Assembly: GCA_010909165.1 (NCBI GenBank)
Contig: MU008165.1
Span: 1,054,001-1,118,000, forward strand
Direction of reading: 5' to 3'
Source: Anthoceros angustus
Lineage: Eukaryota; Plantae; Anthocerotophyta
DNA: 64,000 nt
Shown here: positions 26,186 through 39,100 of the stretch, piece after piece
How positions within the stretch are numbered: position 1 is the first letter of the stretch
Layout of the letters: each line of letters opens with the position of its first letter
Made by a program: the position numbers and the translations under genes
The notes under the pieces: generated by a model
What the model saw: the letters and a program-made list of their open reading frames with translations, nothing else
Databases searched by the model: none
Told to the model about the DNA's origin: nothing

Positions 26186-26841
26186 ACTGCGTCGGATTGG
26201 TTATCAATTTCACTCACCAATACATCTTCCCTATGGTTGCCTTCCATCTTGAATCAAAGGTAGACCGTAAACACTAAATAAGATTATGAAAAGAAGGTAA
26301 GCATGCGCACCTCCTCAAGGTCTTTGCTCTTTGCTTCTCTTGGATACTACAAGAGAGGAGCTTGACGATCTATGCCTTTGTCGCGCCGTGCGTTTGCTTA
26401 ATACAACCGCTATGGCTTTGGCACATGGTCTTAAGACATCAAAGGAACTTGTCGCTTGCAAGCTTAAAACGTCAATGTATATCGACTTGCATTCATAAAT
26501 ATAGCCTAGTATAGCACACATATATAGTATGTCCTTTATTTATATTCTCAACACACATATATAGTATGCATTCTCTATATTTATGGTCACTCCAAGTCTC
26601 ACTAAAAAGGAAAAATCTGGATCATGTGGGTTCATTTTGGAAAAATAAAATCAATGGATAGTAAAATAAATTGGTAGTTTTATATGAAATAATATGAGAT
26701 CTTTAAGGTTTTGTACGTTGGCCGTAAGTGTGGCGGTCCCTTTTTGTACCTTCCTATCTTGTGAGTTCTAACGCGAGACCCTTTGTTCTATCTATAATTT
26801 ATGGTCACGGTAATATTAAGCTTGACTATCACGCGGAAGCT

Positions 26842-27706
26842 TCATTTGCTAGACATTGACAATTGCGGTCGAGCCGCTTTGCTTTTGCGCACTCTCCACA
26901 TTATTTCGACTTGGGAAGGTCGAGTTTGCTTCAAACACCCTTTCATAACTCTTTTTGTGGCTTTTTGATTTTTCTTCTTCTTCTTCTTCTTCTTCTTGAT
27001 TTTTCTTCTTCTTCCCCTTCTGTCTTCCCTATCCAAACGCTTTTCCCTTTGATGCAACGAGAACCTCCTCAGTGCGCACCCTTCCGATGCCACTAGAATG
27101 AGTACTATGCTCCTCTTGAAGTAGGGTTCCAATGAGCTCATTAAGGGTCAGAGTTGGTGTTTTTCTCGATTTAATGCAGGATGCGCAAGGAAGAGTTCTA
27201 ATTGGAAACGAACTCGATAGAAAGGTGGAAGACTACGGAGGAGCTAAGCAACAACATCAATGTCTTGAGCTTGCTTGCCACCATGGCTAACCTTGCCTTG
27301 AGATAGCAAAACTTGCTTATGTGAGCTGCAATGTTGTCCCTCCCTTCATTCTCAGCCTAGTATTCGTTTCCGGTAGCAACTAGTGTGAGGATGTTATGAA
27401 CTTGATAAGTTTCTTTCAACTATGTCCATACATTTTCTTGTATGAAGGAACTCAACCTCGATCCGTGGCTTCATCCATACCAAAGAGTAGGATGGCAAAT
27501 GCAATCTTATTGCCTTTGTAAAACTTGGCGATGTCATCCGGTAAAGCTCTTGGGCGGTGGAGGGATAGAACCATCTACAAATTCCGGACATGTGTAGCAT
27601 CTAGAAAACCCTTCATTCTAGCCCTCCAACTCTCATACAGGTGATTTGCCATCAAATATGTCTTTTTCCGTAAAGCCCCACCATAGGATCCGGCTTGGGT
27701 AGTCAT
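26842..27706 (-). mobile_element. Ty1/Copia-type gag remnant inside the repeat unit (second copy ~31150-32020)
   Basis: Composite of both copies: DIFDG...WRARMKGFLDATHVWEFVDGSIPPP...IAFAILLFGMDE..TAANVWT..LKETY..RMKEGDNIAAHI, a Retrotran_gag_2/UBN2-like pattern. Frameshifted, with no pol. Confidence 0.65.
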
Positions 27707-27846
27707 GTTAGAAATAACCACGGGCGGGGAATGTAGGCTGGAAAGTTAGTTGAGAGGATTTTAGAAATTCGCCGTATCCTCATCCCCATCTATATCAACG
27801 GAAGGTAGCCACTAATAGCGATGCATGTGACCAAACTAGAAAGCGA

Positions 27847-28260
27847 CCATGTGCCCATAGGTGAAGTTGCAAAAGCTATAGTGATGTGAAGGGGCACTAA
27901 CTAACATCCTTCCACATTAACTTATAACGTTTCATTGTTATTTTTAGTGTTATGAAGAAAGGATAACTCAAGGGTTGTGAATAGGTGCCAGCTAGAAAAT
28001 AACAATTAGGGCACCATCCAGGTGGCATCTTTTCACCAACCGCCACAAGATCCCATGTGCCTAGAGGTGAAGTTGCAAAAGCTATAGTGATGTGAAGGGG
28101 CACTAACTAACATCCTTCCACATTAACTAATAACGTTTCATTGTTATTTTTAGGGTTTCTAAAGAAAGGAGAACTCAAGGGTTGTGAATAGGTGCGGTTA
28201 GAAAATAACAATTAGGGCACCGTGTGGCATCTTTTCACCAACCGCCACAAGATCCCATGG
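27847..28260. repeat. Two direct ~205-bp repeats at the unit junction (also 32147-32555)
   Basis: ccatgtgcc..gttgcaaaagctatagtgatgtgaagggg...ccgccacaagatcccatg occurs twice. Confidence 0.85.
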
Positions 28261-31200
28261 CACCTCTTCCGCAATATGCTGCAATTGCAAATGTCCAACA
28301 AAATTGTTGTAATCCTGGCTGGAAGCGCCACAAATCTGCAAGATTCTACAAAGCTACACCCATGCATGCCTGATTATGAGAGGGCATGAGGCTGCAATTG
28401 CAGCCAAATGTCCAACAAAATTGTTGTAATCCTGGCTGGAAGCGCCACAAATCTGCAAGATTCTACAAAGCTACACCCATGCATGCCTGATTATGAGAGG
28501 GCATGAGGCTGCAATACATTGTTGAGATTGGGTCCCTTGCTGATTTTGCTGCAAGTTGTCCAAGGCTTGAAGTGCTCAAAGGAAATCGTCAATTCATCAA
28601 TCGTAGCTTGAATTTCTTGGAGTCTTCCGGCTCTAGGTAATTCTTTCGCTACGATTGGAGACCCTCATCATCAAATCCTCGATTACTGAATTGAGCGGTT
28701 GTCCACGAGATTGCTAGGATTCCAATCTTTGATTCTCTCAAGCTTGCGATCATGGGCTGCTATACCATGATTGCAAGGACATTCACGGGAGAAGAACAAG
28801 AGCAATTCGGGGATTGTGATTTGCATTGTACGATCTCCTACGGCTCCTTAGTTCAAGTTGTTGCTTGAACATCCGCTTTGTAGGAGTTGATCAAGCTCAC
28901 TGTGTTCTAAGATGGTCAACAACACCGGTGGACCAAAATTTCACATCAACGCGGCACCTGTCCTCCGTCATCGCGATAAATGGTAGCTAGTCACATTTGA
29001 ATTATCAGCGGAGGAATGCATTCGGCCATGTGGTCCAAGGATGCTATAGGTTTGAAATGCAAGTAGAATATCATGAAGCTACCACAACATCCATGCATTG
29101 AGCACCTAGTGCTCTCATACCATATTAATTTATGAGCGGAAGCTCTAAGCAAAATTGCACAACAAAGCAAGATGAAATTAATTAAAATCGATGACAAAAT
29201 TATCTTAAATACATGTAACGCGGTGTTGTAATGACCGTTCACGATTAACCTAAATATTAAAAAGTAATCACTGGTAGGTTAAACTAATTCCCCTACTTCT
29301 AACATATCACAAAATAAGTGCAATTGATTGATGGTGTTCCTTTTTGTATTTCATGGTGAGCACACAATTTGCTACAGCTTCTCCTATGGTTTTTGAGGAG
29401 AGTGCATCTAAGGCATAGATGCTTGCAACACCATCTCTACTTGGAGTACTAAAATAAAACTCCTCATTGGATTTGTGAAACAACCACTTCATTTGCACTT
29501 GCTTCAAACAAAACAACCATAAATGTGATGAAGGATCGGACAACAAAAAGCACGTTGAACTCTTTGGCCATCCAGAACGAAATGCAACTTGACAAGTTGT
29601 CCTGTCGCATTGTCTTCCTCGCTCGTCGGAAGATGCGTTACTTCAAACCAAGGATAACTAGTATTGTAGTGGACGTTTGTGGCGATAACTCCTGGAGGAT
29701 CCTGTGGTTCCACTTCATCGTGTTCTTCAAATAGTGCTCCCAAAGGTAGTGCTTCATCCATAACATCTGTTGTGAAAGGTTGTTTGTAAGTGAATGGCGC
29801 CCATTGCTCATCAATGCGTCCGAACCGATGTCACTTGCATCAAATTGTTTCAATTTTTCCCGATAAGTGGGTCAATCACAAGTATGCAGCAAGTGTTTTC
29901 AGCTATGTTATAAAAGGTTTTCACTTTTAAAATCTCTATGGTACCGAGACTTCCCAAAGAAGGAAAGATCGTTTACGAGATCCTTCAAAATTTCATTAGT
30001 GGATTTTTCCCACTCTCCAAAATATGGGAACTCCGCTTTGTCGCCATGGATGTAGGCTAGGAGCCACTTGTCCATCCTTAATGCCTCAACCTTTGCATCA
30101 TGCAAATTTCCGTAATAAGATTGCATAGGCGTATCGTGGAATGCGATGGCCATCGACCTTCATAAGTTACATGTGCGAAGTTGTCTTCATCATCTTGCAC
30201 ATAAGCTTCTTCCCATGCGTCATTGTCTTGAGGCTTGCGCATCACTCCACGGTTGTCCATTGGTGGCTTCTTCACGAGTTTCGTGCCATGGTTCTCCATG
30301 GGTAGCTTCTTCATTAGTTGCATCCCATGGTTGTTCATCACTCCATGGTTGGTCATCCGTGGTTTCTTTATAGGTTGCACTCCATGGTTGTTCATCACTC
30401 CATGGTTGGTCATCCGTGGTTTCTTCATAAGATGCACTCCATGGTTGTTCATATGTGGCTTCTTCATAAGTCTCACTCCACTCCACTGCGTCGGATTGGT
30501 TATCAATTTCACTCACCAATACATCTTCCCTATGGTTGCCTTCCATCTTGAATCAAAGGTAGACCGTAAACACTAAAATAAGATTATGAAAAGAAGGTAA
30601 GCATGCAGCCTCCTCAAGGTGCTCTTTGCTTCTCTTGGATACTACAAGAGAGGAGCTTGACGATCTATGCCTTTGTCGCCATGGTTCTCCATGGGTAGCT
30701 TCTTCACGAGTTTGCTTAATACAACGCTATGGCTTTGGCACATGGTCTTAAGACATCAAAGGAACTTGTGCGCTTGCAAGCTTAAAACGTCAATGTATAT
30801 CGACTTGCATTCATAAATATAGCCTAGTATAGCACACATATATAGTATGTCCTTTATTTATATTCTCAACACACATATATAGTATGCATTCTCTATATTT
30901 ATGGTCACTCCAAGTCTCACTAAAAAGGAAAAATCTGGATCATGTGGGTTCATTTTGGAAAAATAAAATCAATGGATAGTAAAATAAATTGGTAGTTTTA
31001 TATATGAAATAATATGAGATCTTTAAGGTTTTGTACACGTAAGTGTGACGGTCCCTTTTTGTACCTTCCTATCTTGTGAGTTCTAACGCGAGACCCTTTG
31101 TTCTATCTATAATTTATGGTCACGGTAATATTAAGCTTGACTATCACGGAAGCTTCATTTGCTAGACATTGACAATTGCGGTCGGTTACCGCTGCTTTTG

Positions 31201-34200
31201 CGCACTCTCCACATTATTTCGACTTGGGAAGGTCGAGTTTGCTTCAAACACCCTTTCATAACTCTTTTGTGGCTTTTTGATTTTTCTTCTTCTTCTTCTT
31301 CTTCTTGATTTTTCTTCTTCTTCCCTTCTCTCTTCCCTATCCAAACGCTTTTCCCTTTGATGCAACGAGAACCTTCTCGTGCACCCTTCCGATGCCACTA
31401 GAATGAGTACTATGCTCCTCTTGAAGTAGGGTTCCAATGAGCTCATTAAGGGTCGAGTTGGTGTTTTTCTCGATTTAATCGCAGAAGATGCTCGCAAGGA
31501 AGAGTTCTAATTGGAAACGAACTGATAGAAAGGTGGAAGACTACGGAGGAGCTAAGCAACAACATCAATGTCTTGAGCTTGCTTGCCACCATGGCTAACC
31601 TTGCCTTGAGATAGCAAAACTTGCTTATGTGAGCTGCAATGTTGTCCCTCCCTTCATTCTCAAGTATTCGTTTCCGGTAGCAACTAGTGTGAGGATGTTA
31701 TGAACTTGATAAGTTTCTTTCAACTATGTCCAGACATTTGCTGCTGTATGAAGGAACTCAACCTCAGTCACCGTGGCTTCATCCATACCAAAGAGTAGGA
31801 TGGCAAATGCAATCTTATTGCCTTTGTAAAACTTGGCGATGTCATCCGGTAAAGCTCTTGGGCCAGGTGGAGGGATAGAACCATCTACAAATTCCCAGAC
31901 ATGTGTAGCATCTAGAAAACCCTTCATTCTAGCCCTTCAACTCTCATACAGGTGATTTGCCATCAAATATGTCTTTTTCCGTAAAGCCCCACCATAGGAT
32001 CCGGCTTGGGTAGTCATGTTAGAAATAACCACGGAACTGGGGAATGTAGGAAAGTTAGTTGAGAGGATTTTAGAAATTCGCCGTATCCTCATCCCCATCT
32101 ATATCATGAAGACCACTAATAGCGATGCATGTGACCAAACTAGAAACCATGTGCCCATAGGTGTTGCAAAAGCTATAGTGATGTGAAGGGCACTAACTAA
32201 CATCCTTCCACATTAACTAATAACGTTTCATTGTTATTTTTAGTGTTATGAAGAAAGGATAACTCAAGGGTTGTGAATAGGTGCCACTAGAAAATAACAA
32301 TTAGGGCACCGTCGGTGGCATCTTTTCACCAACCGCCACAAGATCCCATGTGCCTAGAGGTGAAGTTGCAAAAGCTATAGTGATGTGAAGGGCACTAACT
32401 AACATCCTTCCACATTAACTAATAACGTTTCATTGTTATTTTTAGGGTTTCTAAAGAAAGGAGAACTCAAGGGTTGTGAATAGGTGCCGCTTAGAAAATA
32501 ACAATTAGGGCACCGTCGGTGGCATCTTTTCACCAACCGCCACAAGATCCCATGGCACCTCTTCACGTGACAATATGCTGCAATTGCAGCCAAATGTCCA
32601 ACAAAATTGTTGTAATCCCAAGCGCCACAAATCTGCAAGATTCTACAAAGCTACACCCATGCATGCCGATTATGAGAGGGCATGAGGTGGGCAATACATT
32701 GTTGAGATTGGGTCCCTTGCTGATTTTGCAAGTTGTCCAAGGCTTGATGAAGTGCTCAAAGGAAATCGTCAATTCATCAATCGTAGCTTGAATTTCTTGG
32801 AGTCTTCCGGCGACAGCTCTAGGTAATTCTTTCGCTACACGATTGGAGACCCTCATCATCAAAATCCTCGATTACTGAGCGGTTGTCCGACGAGATTGCT
32901 AGATTCCAATCTTTGATTCTCTCAAGCTTGCGATCATGGGCTGCTATACCATGATTGCAAGGGCGTTCACGGGAGAAGAACAAGAGCAATTCGAGGATTG
33001 TGATTTGCATTGGTACGATCTCCTACGGCTCCTTAGTTCAAGTTGTTGCTTGAACATCCGCTTTGTAGGAGTTGATCAAGCTCCGTGTTCTAAGATGGTC
33101 AACAACACTGGTGGACCAAAATTTCACATCAACGCGGCACTGTCCTCCGCCATCGCGAAATGGTAGCTAGTCACATTTGAATTATCAGCGGAGGAATGCG
33201 GCCCTAGCGGCCATGTGGTCCAAGGATGCTATAGGTTTGAAATGCAAGTAGAATATCATGAAGCTACCACAACATCCATGCATTGAGCACCTAGTGCTCT
33301 CATACCATATTAATTTATGAGCGGAAGCTCTAAGCAAAATTGCACAACAAAGCAAGATGAAATTAATTAAAATCGATGACAAAATTATCTTAAATACATG
33401 TAACGCGTGTTGTAATGACCGTTCACGATTAACCTAAATATTAAAAAGTAATCACTGGTAGGTTAAACTAATTCCCCTACTTCTAACAAAGATATCACAA
33501 AATAAGTGCAATTGATTGATGGTGTTCCTTTTTGTATTTCATGGTGAGCACACAATTTGCTACACCGGCTTCTCCTATGGTTTTTGAGGAGAGTGCATCT
33601 AAGGCATAGATGCTTGCAACACCATCTCTACTTGGAGTACTAAAATAAAACTCCTCATTGGATTTGTGAAACAACCACTTCATTTGCACTTGCTTCAAAC
33701 AAAACAACCATAAATATGATGAAGGATCGGACAACAAAAAACGACGTTGAACTCTTTGACCATCTAGCAAACGAAATGCAACTTGACAAGTTGTCCCTGT
33801 CGCATTGCCTTCCTCTGGCTCGTCAGGGAGATGTGTTACTTCAAACCAAGGATAACTAGTATTGTAGTGGACGTTTGTGGCGATAACTCCGGAGGATCCT
33901 GTGGTTCCACTTCATCGTGTTCTTCAAATAGTGCTCCCAAAGGTAGTGCTTCATCCATAACATCTGTGAAAGGTTGTTTGTAAGTGAATGGCGCCCATTG
34001 CTCACAATGCGTCCGAACCGATGTCACTTGCATCAAATTGTTTCAATTTTTCCCGAAGTGGGTCAATCACAAGTATGCAGCAAGTGTTTTCAGCTATGTT
34101 ATAAAAGGTTTTCACTTTTAAAATCTCTATGGTACCTGAGACTTCCCAAAGAAGGAAAGATCGTTTACGAGATCCTTCAAAATTTCATTAGTGGATTTTT

Positions 34201-34694
34201 CCCACTCTCCAAAATATGGGAACTCCGTTTTGTCGCCATGGATGTAGGCTAGGAGCCACTTGTCCATCCTTAATGCCTCAACCTTTGCATCATGCAAATT
34301 TCCGTAATAAGATTGCATAGACGATACGTGGAATGCGATGGCCATCGACCTTCATAAGTTACATGTAAGTTGTCTTCATCATCTTGCACATAAGCTTCTT
34401 CCCATGCGTCATTGTCTTGAGGCTTGCGCATCACTCCACGGTTGTCCATTGGTGGCTTCTTCACGAGTTTCGCCATGGTTCTCCATGGGTAGCTTCTTCA
34501 TTAGTTGCATCCCATGGTTGTTCATCACTCCATGGTTGGTCATCCGTGGTTTCTTTATAGGTTGCACTCCATGGTTGTTCATCACTCCATGGTTGGTCAT
34601 CCGTGGTTTCTTCATAAGATGCACTCCATGGTTGTTCATATGTGGCTTCTTCATAAGTCTCACTCCACTCCACTGCGTCGGATTGGTTATCAAT

Positions 34695-35205
34695 AATTAT
34701 GCAACAGCGGTGCAGGAAAACATCAATCCAGCTGATACGGCAACATTTGTATGCTTGATCAACTCCTATGACTAGCAGAGATAGCTGGCATTGTAGCTAA
34801 AGTTGCACCACAGCAAATATCATCTTCGCGGCTTTATGTAGGATCGAGTGCATTCGCACATAAAGGAGGGATTCACGTTGCAGCAACACCGGTTCCATGC
34901 GCCGTGTTGTGAGTGCGCTTTCCGGACGAGGAAATATTTTAGACAAGATAAATTCTGTCGTTCTACATTGTCCGGATCCGTATCTCGTGACCTTCCTTAT
35001 CCCTTGCCGCACTCGGTGCGGAACATTTCATGCTGTGTTGCTTGACACAAATGATGTTGGCAGCGTGTTAGCTCGCATAAACCAGATGGAAGTGAGAATG
35101 TTGATTGCAAATCTACTCCTTTCATAAGCGTATTGCCGTTGCATCTTTGGGGTTGTGTGTTTGACAAGGCATCTGCTTCCATAAAGATAGTCGGAAGGGC
35201 AGGGA
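34695..35205 (+). pseudogene. PPR remnant copy C, right part and downstream tail; contains the empty site (34824-34842) for the 16303-17982 insertion
   Basis: INPADTATFVCLINS, then continuous sequence matching 16200-16302 joined directly to 17983-18330. Confidence 0.8.
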
Positions 35206-36165
35206 CTATGTCCCCTGCAAGGCTATGTCAATCCTCCAGTGAGCAGTGAGTCGTGGTATTACAGAACCAGTAAGGAGTATTACATAACAAGGAAGGAGGA
35301 AAATGAGCGCCATACAATATACCATGAGAGCTTATGGCCCCAAGGATAAAGACTAACGGAGACTTTATTAAAAAAGAGAGATGTGAAAACCCACCTACCC
35401 AAACCGAGGGGGACAACCGCAGGGCCAAGAGCCAGGGGCGCTAGCTCTAAAAGAACGCCAACCCCGAAGCTACCTACTGCCCCAATTATGTCGTGGTTCG
35501 AGATGAGGAAAGGTCTACCTACAACCGATGAACCACTTCTCTTGCACTTGTTGCCATCCTGTAAATAGCGTTGGCCAACGACCTCTACAAGAAGAAGAAG
35601 AAGAAGAATTTTATTTAATTCCACTAAGGACGGATTGCCGTCATGGGACTGAAATATGATAACTACATAGATTATGGTAAACTGGTCTGGACGAATGTAA
35701 AGGTAAAATTCAAACAAGACAAATAATCTTCAATCAATCAACAGTGTCAATGAAATTGTGTGAACAAGGGCCAAACACCACCAATTCATCCCCACAAAAG
35801 AAAGCCACTTACACATATATCACGCAATACATGCTTATTTATTTAAAATATGATAATATGACAAAAATAGATAATTAGATTTATTTTAAAAATTATCTAC
35901 AAAAGATTTAAAAATTAAGATACTAAATTTATAAATTTAATTATATAATTAAATTATATCCATTGCATATAAATTCTAATTTTTAGGTAATATATATGCA
36001 GATTATTTTAACTAAATTTGTTCCCTAATCAAGGACTAAATTTACATAAAATAGTACACATATAATATCTTAAAATTAGGATAAATAAAGGCTATATATA
36101 TTGTAACATAATTCGTCTACACATTACAATAAGTTCACAAAACTTTAAGTGCAAATTGCAATATA

Positions 36166-36698
36166 CAGTCACGGCCCCTAATTGGGAATTCTATAAATGG
36201 GATTCCTCTCTAAATGGGACCTCCCATCCTACTCCCTTTAGTTTATAATGTAACAAATGGGACTTTTCCCTAAATGATAATTGGGACCTGTTGAAGCATA
36301 CATTCATGTTAGTTTCACCTCCTAAATGGGATTTCTCATTTTTTACTAAAAAATCTAAAAAAGAAAAAGAATCCATTATTTCAGAGCTTTATAGACTTTC
36401 AGGTGTGATTGAAGACTCTTAAGCTAAGCTTTTTCCTTTATGATAGGTAGAGGTTTTTTTATGCTTCTTAGAGAGAGTGCTAGCTTTCAAACAACTATAT
36501 AAAGAACTGGTAAAAGTTATTTTTAGTGAAACCTATCAATCAAAATTTAAATTTTCTTTTTTTTGGGTATTTTTTGATTTGTTTTAAAGTTTATAACATT
36601 TTTATTATTTTTAAATAGGGAAAATACAATTGGGACACCTCCCTTAATGGGACCTCTAAAGGCACTCCGAACCAGTCCCAATTAGGGGGGGTGGACTG
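36166..36698. mobile_element. Tc1/Mariner(pogo)-type MITE with TA target-site duplication
   Basis: TA|CAGTCacggcccctaattggga ... tcccaattagggggggtgGACTG|TA. AT-rich interior with subterminal aaatgggac repeats. Confidence 0.75.
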
Positions 36699-37950
36699 TA
36701 CTATAATGCCAGCAACATACAAGTCATCATAGAGCACTCATGCCCTGAATCCCTGCATCCTCTTTCATGTGAGAATTTTACTTGATTCTGACAGGAAAGT
36801 GAAGCTTGCTCAAACTTGCAGGAAAGAGGCAAGTATTACTTCCCATGAAAAATGAACCTATTCACAAGGTAGAGAAGGTTGTGTAGAAAGGTCACAGGTA
36901 CCCTAATTGAGTTCTTTTCCTCCAAATGTGAGTTCCTAGTACCAACCCATGGATACAAGAATCATCCACTCTTTCAAAGCTAAGTATAGGAAGAAACGTA
37001 TCCATCACCAAATTCGTGAATTTGGTAATGGATAATCTTCTTTTTGTAGTTGGCTTTGAAAAAAGCAATTCTTTCATCAATGGGTTGGTCCACAAAACTC
37101 ACATTCGGAGGAAAAATTCAATTTTGGTTACTTGTAACCTCTCCACCCTTCCCAAACCTTATGAATAGGCCCATTATCCATGAGAAGTAATCATTGTCTC
37201 CTTCGTAGTAACTTTACTTTTATATCAAAATCAAGCAAAAACCTAATTTATACGCCAACTTTTGAAGAGAGTCTTCAAGTATCCACATGGTTCAAGACTC
37301 GCCTCAAAGTGACTAGTTGAAGACTGTCCAAAACAAAATACGTTTGAGTATATCACACTTACACATATAGGACTAACCTCAAGACTTTTTTCGATAAGAT
37401 TTATATTCATCTCGATAGATAATATATAAAAGATATGAAATTAACTAAATTAATCATTTGATAATAAAATTTTACACTAATTAATCAAATGCAATACTTA
37501 GCAATGTGTCTTATTGTATCTAGAATGCACAAAGTGATATCAAGCAAGATTTAACATATAATATGTAAAAATACATAAGTAGGAAAACAAGTAACATATC
37601 ATACAAGGATAACAATTATTGATGGCGTATATATTGAAGGTAGACCCACAAATGTTTACGTATGTTGGTTTGTTTATTACTAGAGCTTAAATCTTAATGG
37701 TCGATGCATGTTCAAGTATATCGGTTTAGCCCACTACTAGGATTGCAAGCTTCATTTTCCTGCCAAAATCAAGTAAATATCATTTCAAACATCCCATATT
37801 GTCTATAAAAATTGCCAGCCTAAAGAACTAAAAGATTCTAGGAGTGCTATTGTATATTATATTTGTAGAATACGTATACCTATTAATGTATATCGAAGTT
37901 GTTATCTACATTGTAGATTGTGTTGTAAACCTAGCGATTCGCGAATTTTT

Positions 37951-38065
37951 AAGGTTGTAAACGAGGTTGTAAACCTAGGTGTAAACAAGGTTGTAAACAA
38001 GGTTGTAAACCAGGTTGTCAACCAGGTTGTCAACGAGCCCAACATTGTAAATGGCTTTGTAAACC
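37951..38065. repeat. 12-bp tandem repeat (aggttgtaaacN), ~8 copies
   Basis: aaggttgtaaacgaggttgtaaacctaggtgtaaacaaggttgtaaacaaggttgtaaaccaggttgtcaacc... Confidence 0.85.
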
Positions 38066-38864
38066 GGCTACTCGGATAAAGATGCTCTACCCTAACCGAG
38101 TAAAGATGCTCAGCCCCGAGTATGGTATGCTGTTTGGGACTCTTCGGCAGTCGAAACATGGTGCCTAATTTTCCGCGCTTTTTTCAATTTGTTGTGGGCT
38201 ATTGATTCCTATGTATTCAACGTATTTATACTAAAACCCGTATCATGCATCATACAATACAAGCTTTTTCAAAGAAACAATTGAAAATATTCTATATGGT
38301 CAGGTATGTATGTGCGATTGCCGCTCACACTACCTCCCACGCGTCTCCTTAATGTCTACATTCGCTACCGCTCTCATTGCTTGCCTCTCCCGCCTTTACC
38401 GCCTGCCATCCTGCTTCCCCATATTTTCATTCTATCTTGCATGCGATTGCCGCTCACACCACCTCCTACCCATCTCTATCACACTTGTACAAGCCTGAGG
38501 GCACCAACGGCCAAACATTGCCACCGCGCCTCCGGTTGCCACTGTGCCTCCAATGGCCTTGGTTGACACGGCGGCAAGGTGTCCTCGATTGGCACAGTGC
38601 CCATGTCGGCATGACGGCACATTTATAGCAACCCACTTCTCGTTACTACAAAATGCAAGGCACATATGACAAGGCTGAAGGTGCATTACATTCATAAAAA
38701 AGAAATGACTAAAACTCCCACTTAATATGCAAGCTTATGAGGCTCCTTACATGCAAAATATGATGGCTTTCCTCCCCGTCATTTCCTTTGTCATATGCAC
38801 ATTTCCTTTGTTATCACACCCCATTCTCTGGTTTGTGTTATGCCCATTGCCTAACCAATTATAT

Positions 38865-39090
38865 CCACTCTCCATTCTCATTCTCTACCCACTCCAACCC
38901 GGTTGGTCCACTCCCATTCTCCATCCTCGTTCTCTACCCACTCCAACCCTGGTTGGTCCACTCTCGTTCTCCATCCCCGTTCTCTACTCACTCCAACCTC
39001 GGTTGGTATGAACAGGGACCTACCCATGGCGCAATCAAAACTTAAATCCACTCTCATTCTCCATCCCCGTTCTCTACCCGCTCCAACTTT
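38865..39090. repeat. ~45-50-bp pyrimidine-rich tandem repeat, ~4 copies
   Basis: ccactctc(a/g)ttctccatccccgttctctacccactccaacc repeated. Confidence 0.75.
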
Positions 39091-39100
39091 GGGACACCCA

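Larger units (their letters stand above)
24025..34694. repeat. Head-to-tail tandem array of 2.5 units of ~4.25 kb (units start at 24025, 28254 and 32549)
   Basis: Near-identical sequence and ORFs recur at 4229 and 4295 nt offsets (e.g. ORF 25921-26247 = 30220-30546). Confidence 0.95.

Noticed and set aside
25936-26277. Plus-strand ORFs with repeated 'TPWLFITPWLVIRGFFI', superficially a repeat peptide precursor or CRISPR-like array
   Set aside because: These are antisense or alternative frames of a 15/30-nt minisatellite. There are no unique spacers or cas genes, and the context is eukaryotic.
28270-28512. ~120-bp duplication found only in unit 2 of the array (and a displaced fragment near 30678-30712)
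   Set aside because: Cannot be distinguished from consensus or assembly error in a repeat.
35209-35720. Possible LTR end (TGTCAA) and adjacent retroelement remnant
   Set aside because: No partner LTR, clear PPT/PBS or diagnostic domain.
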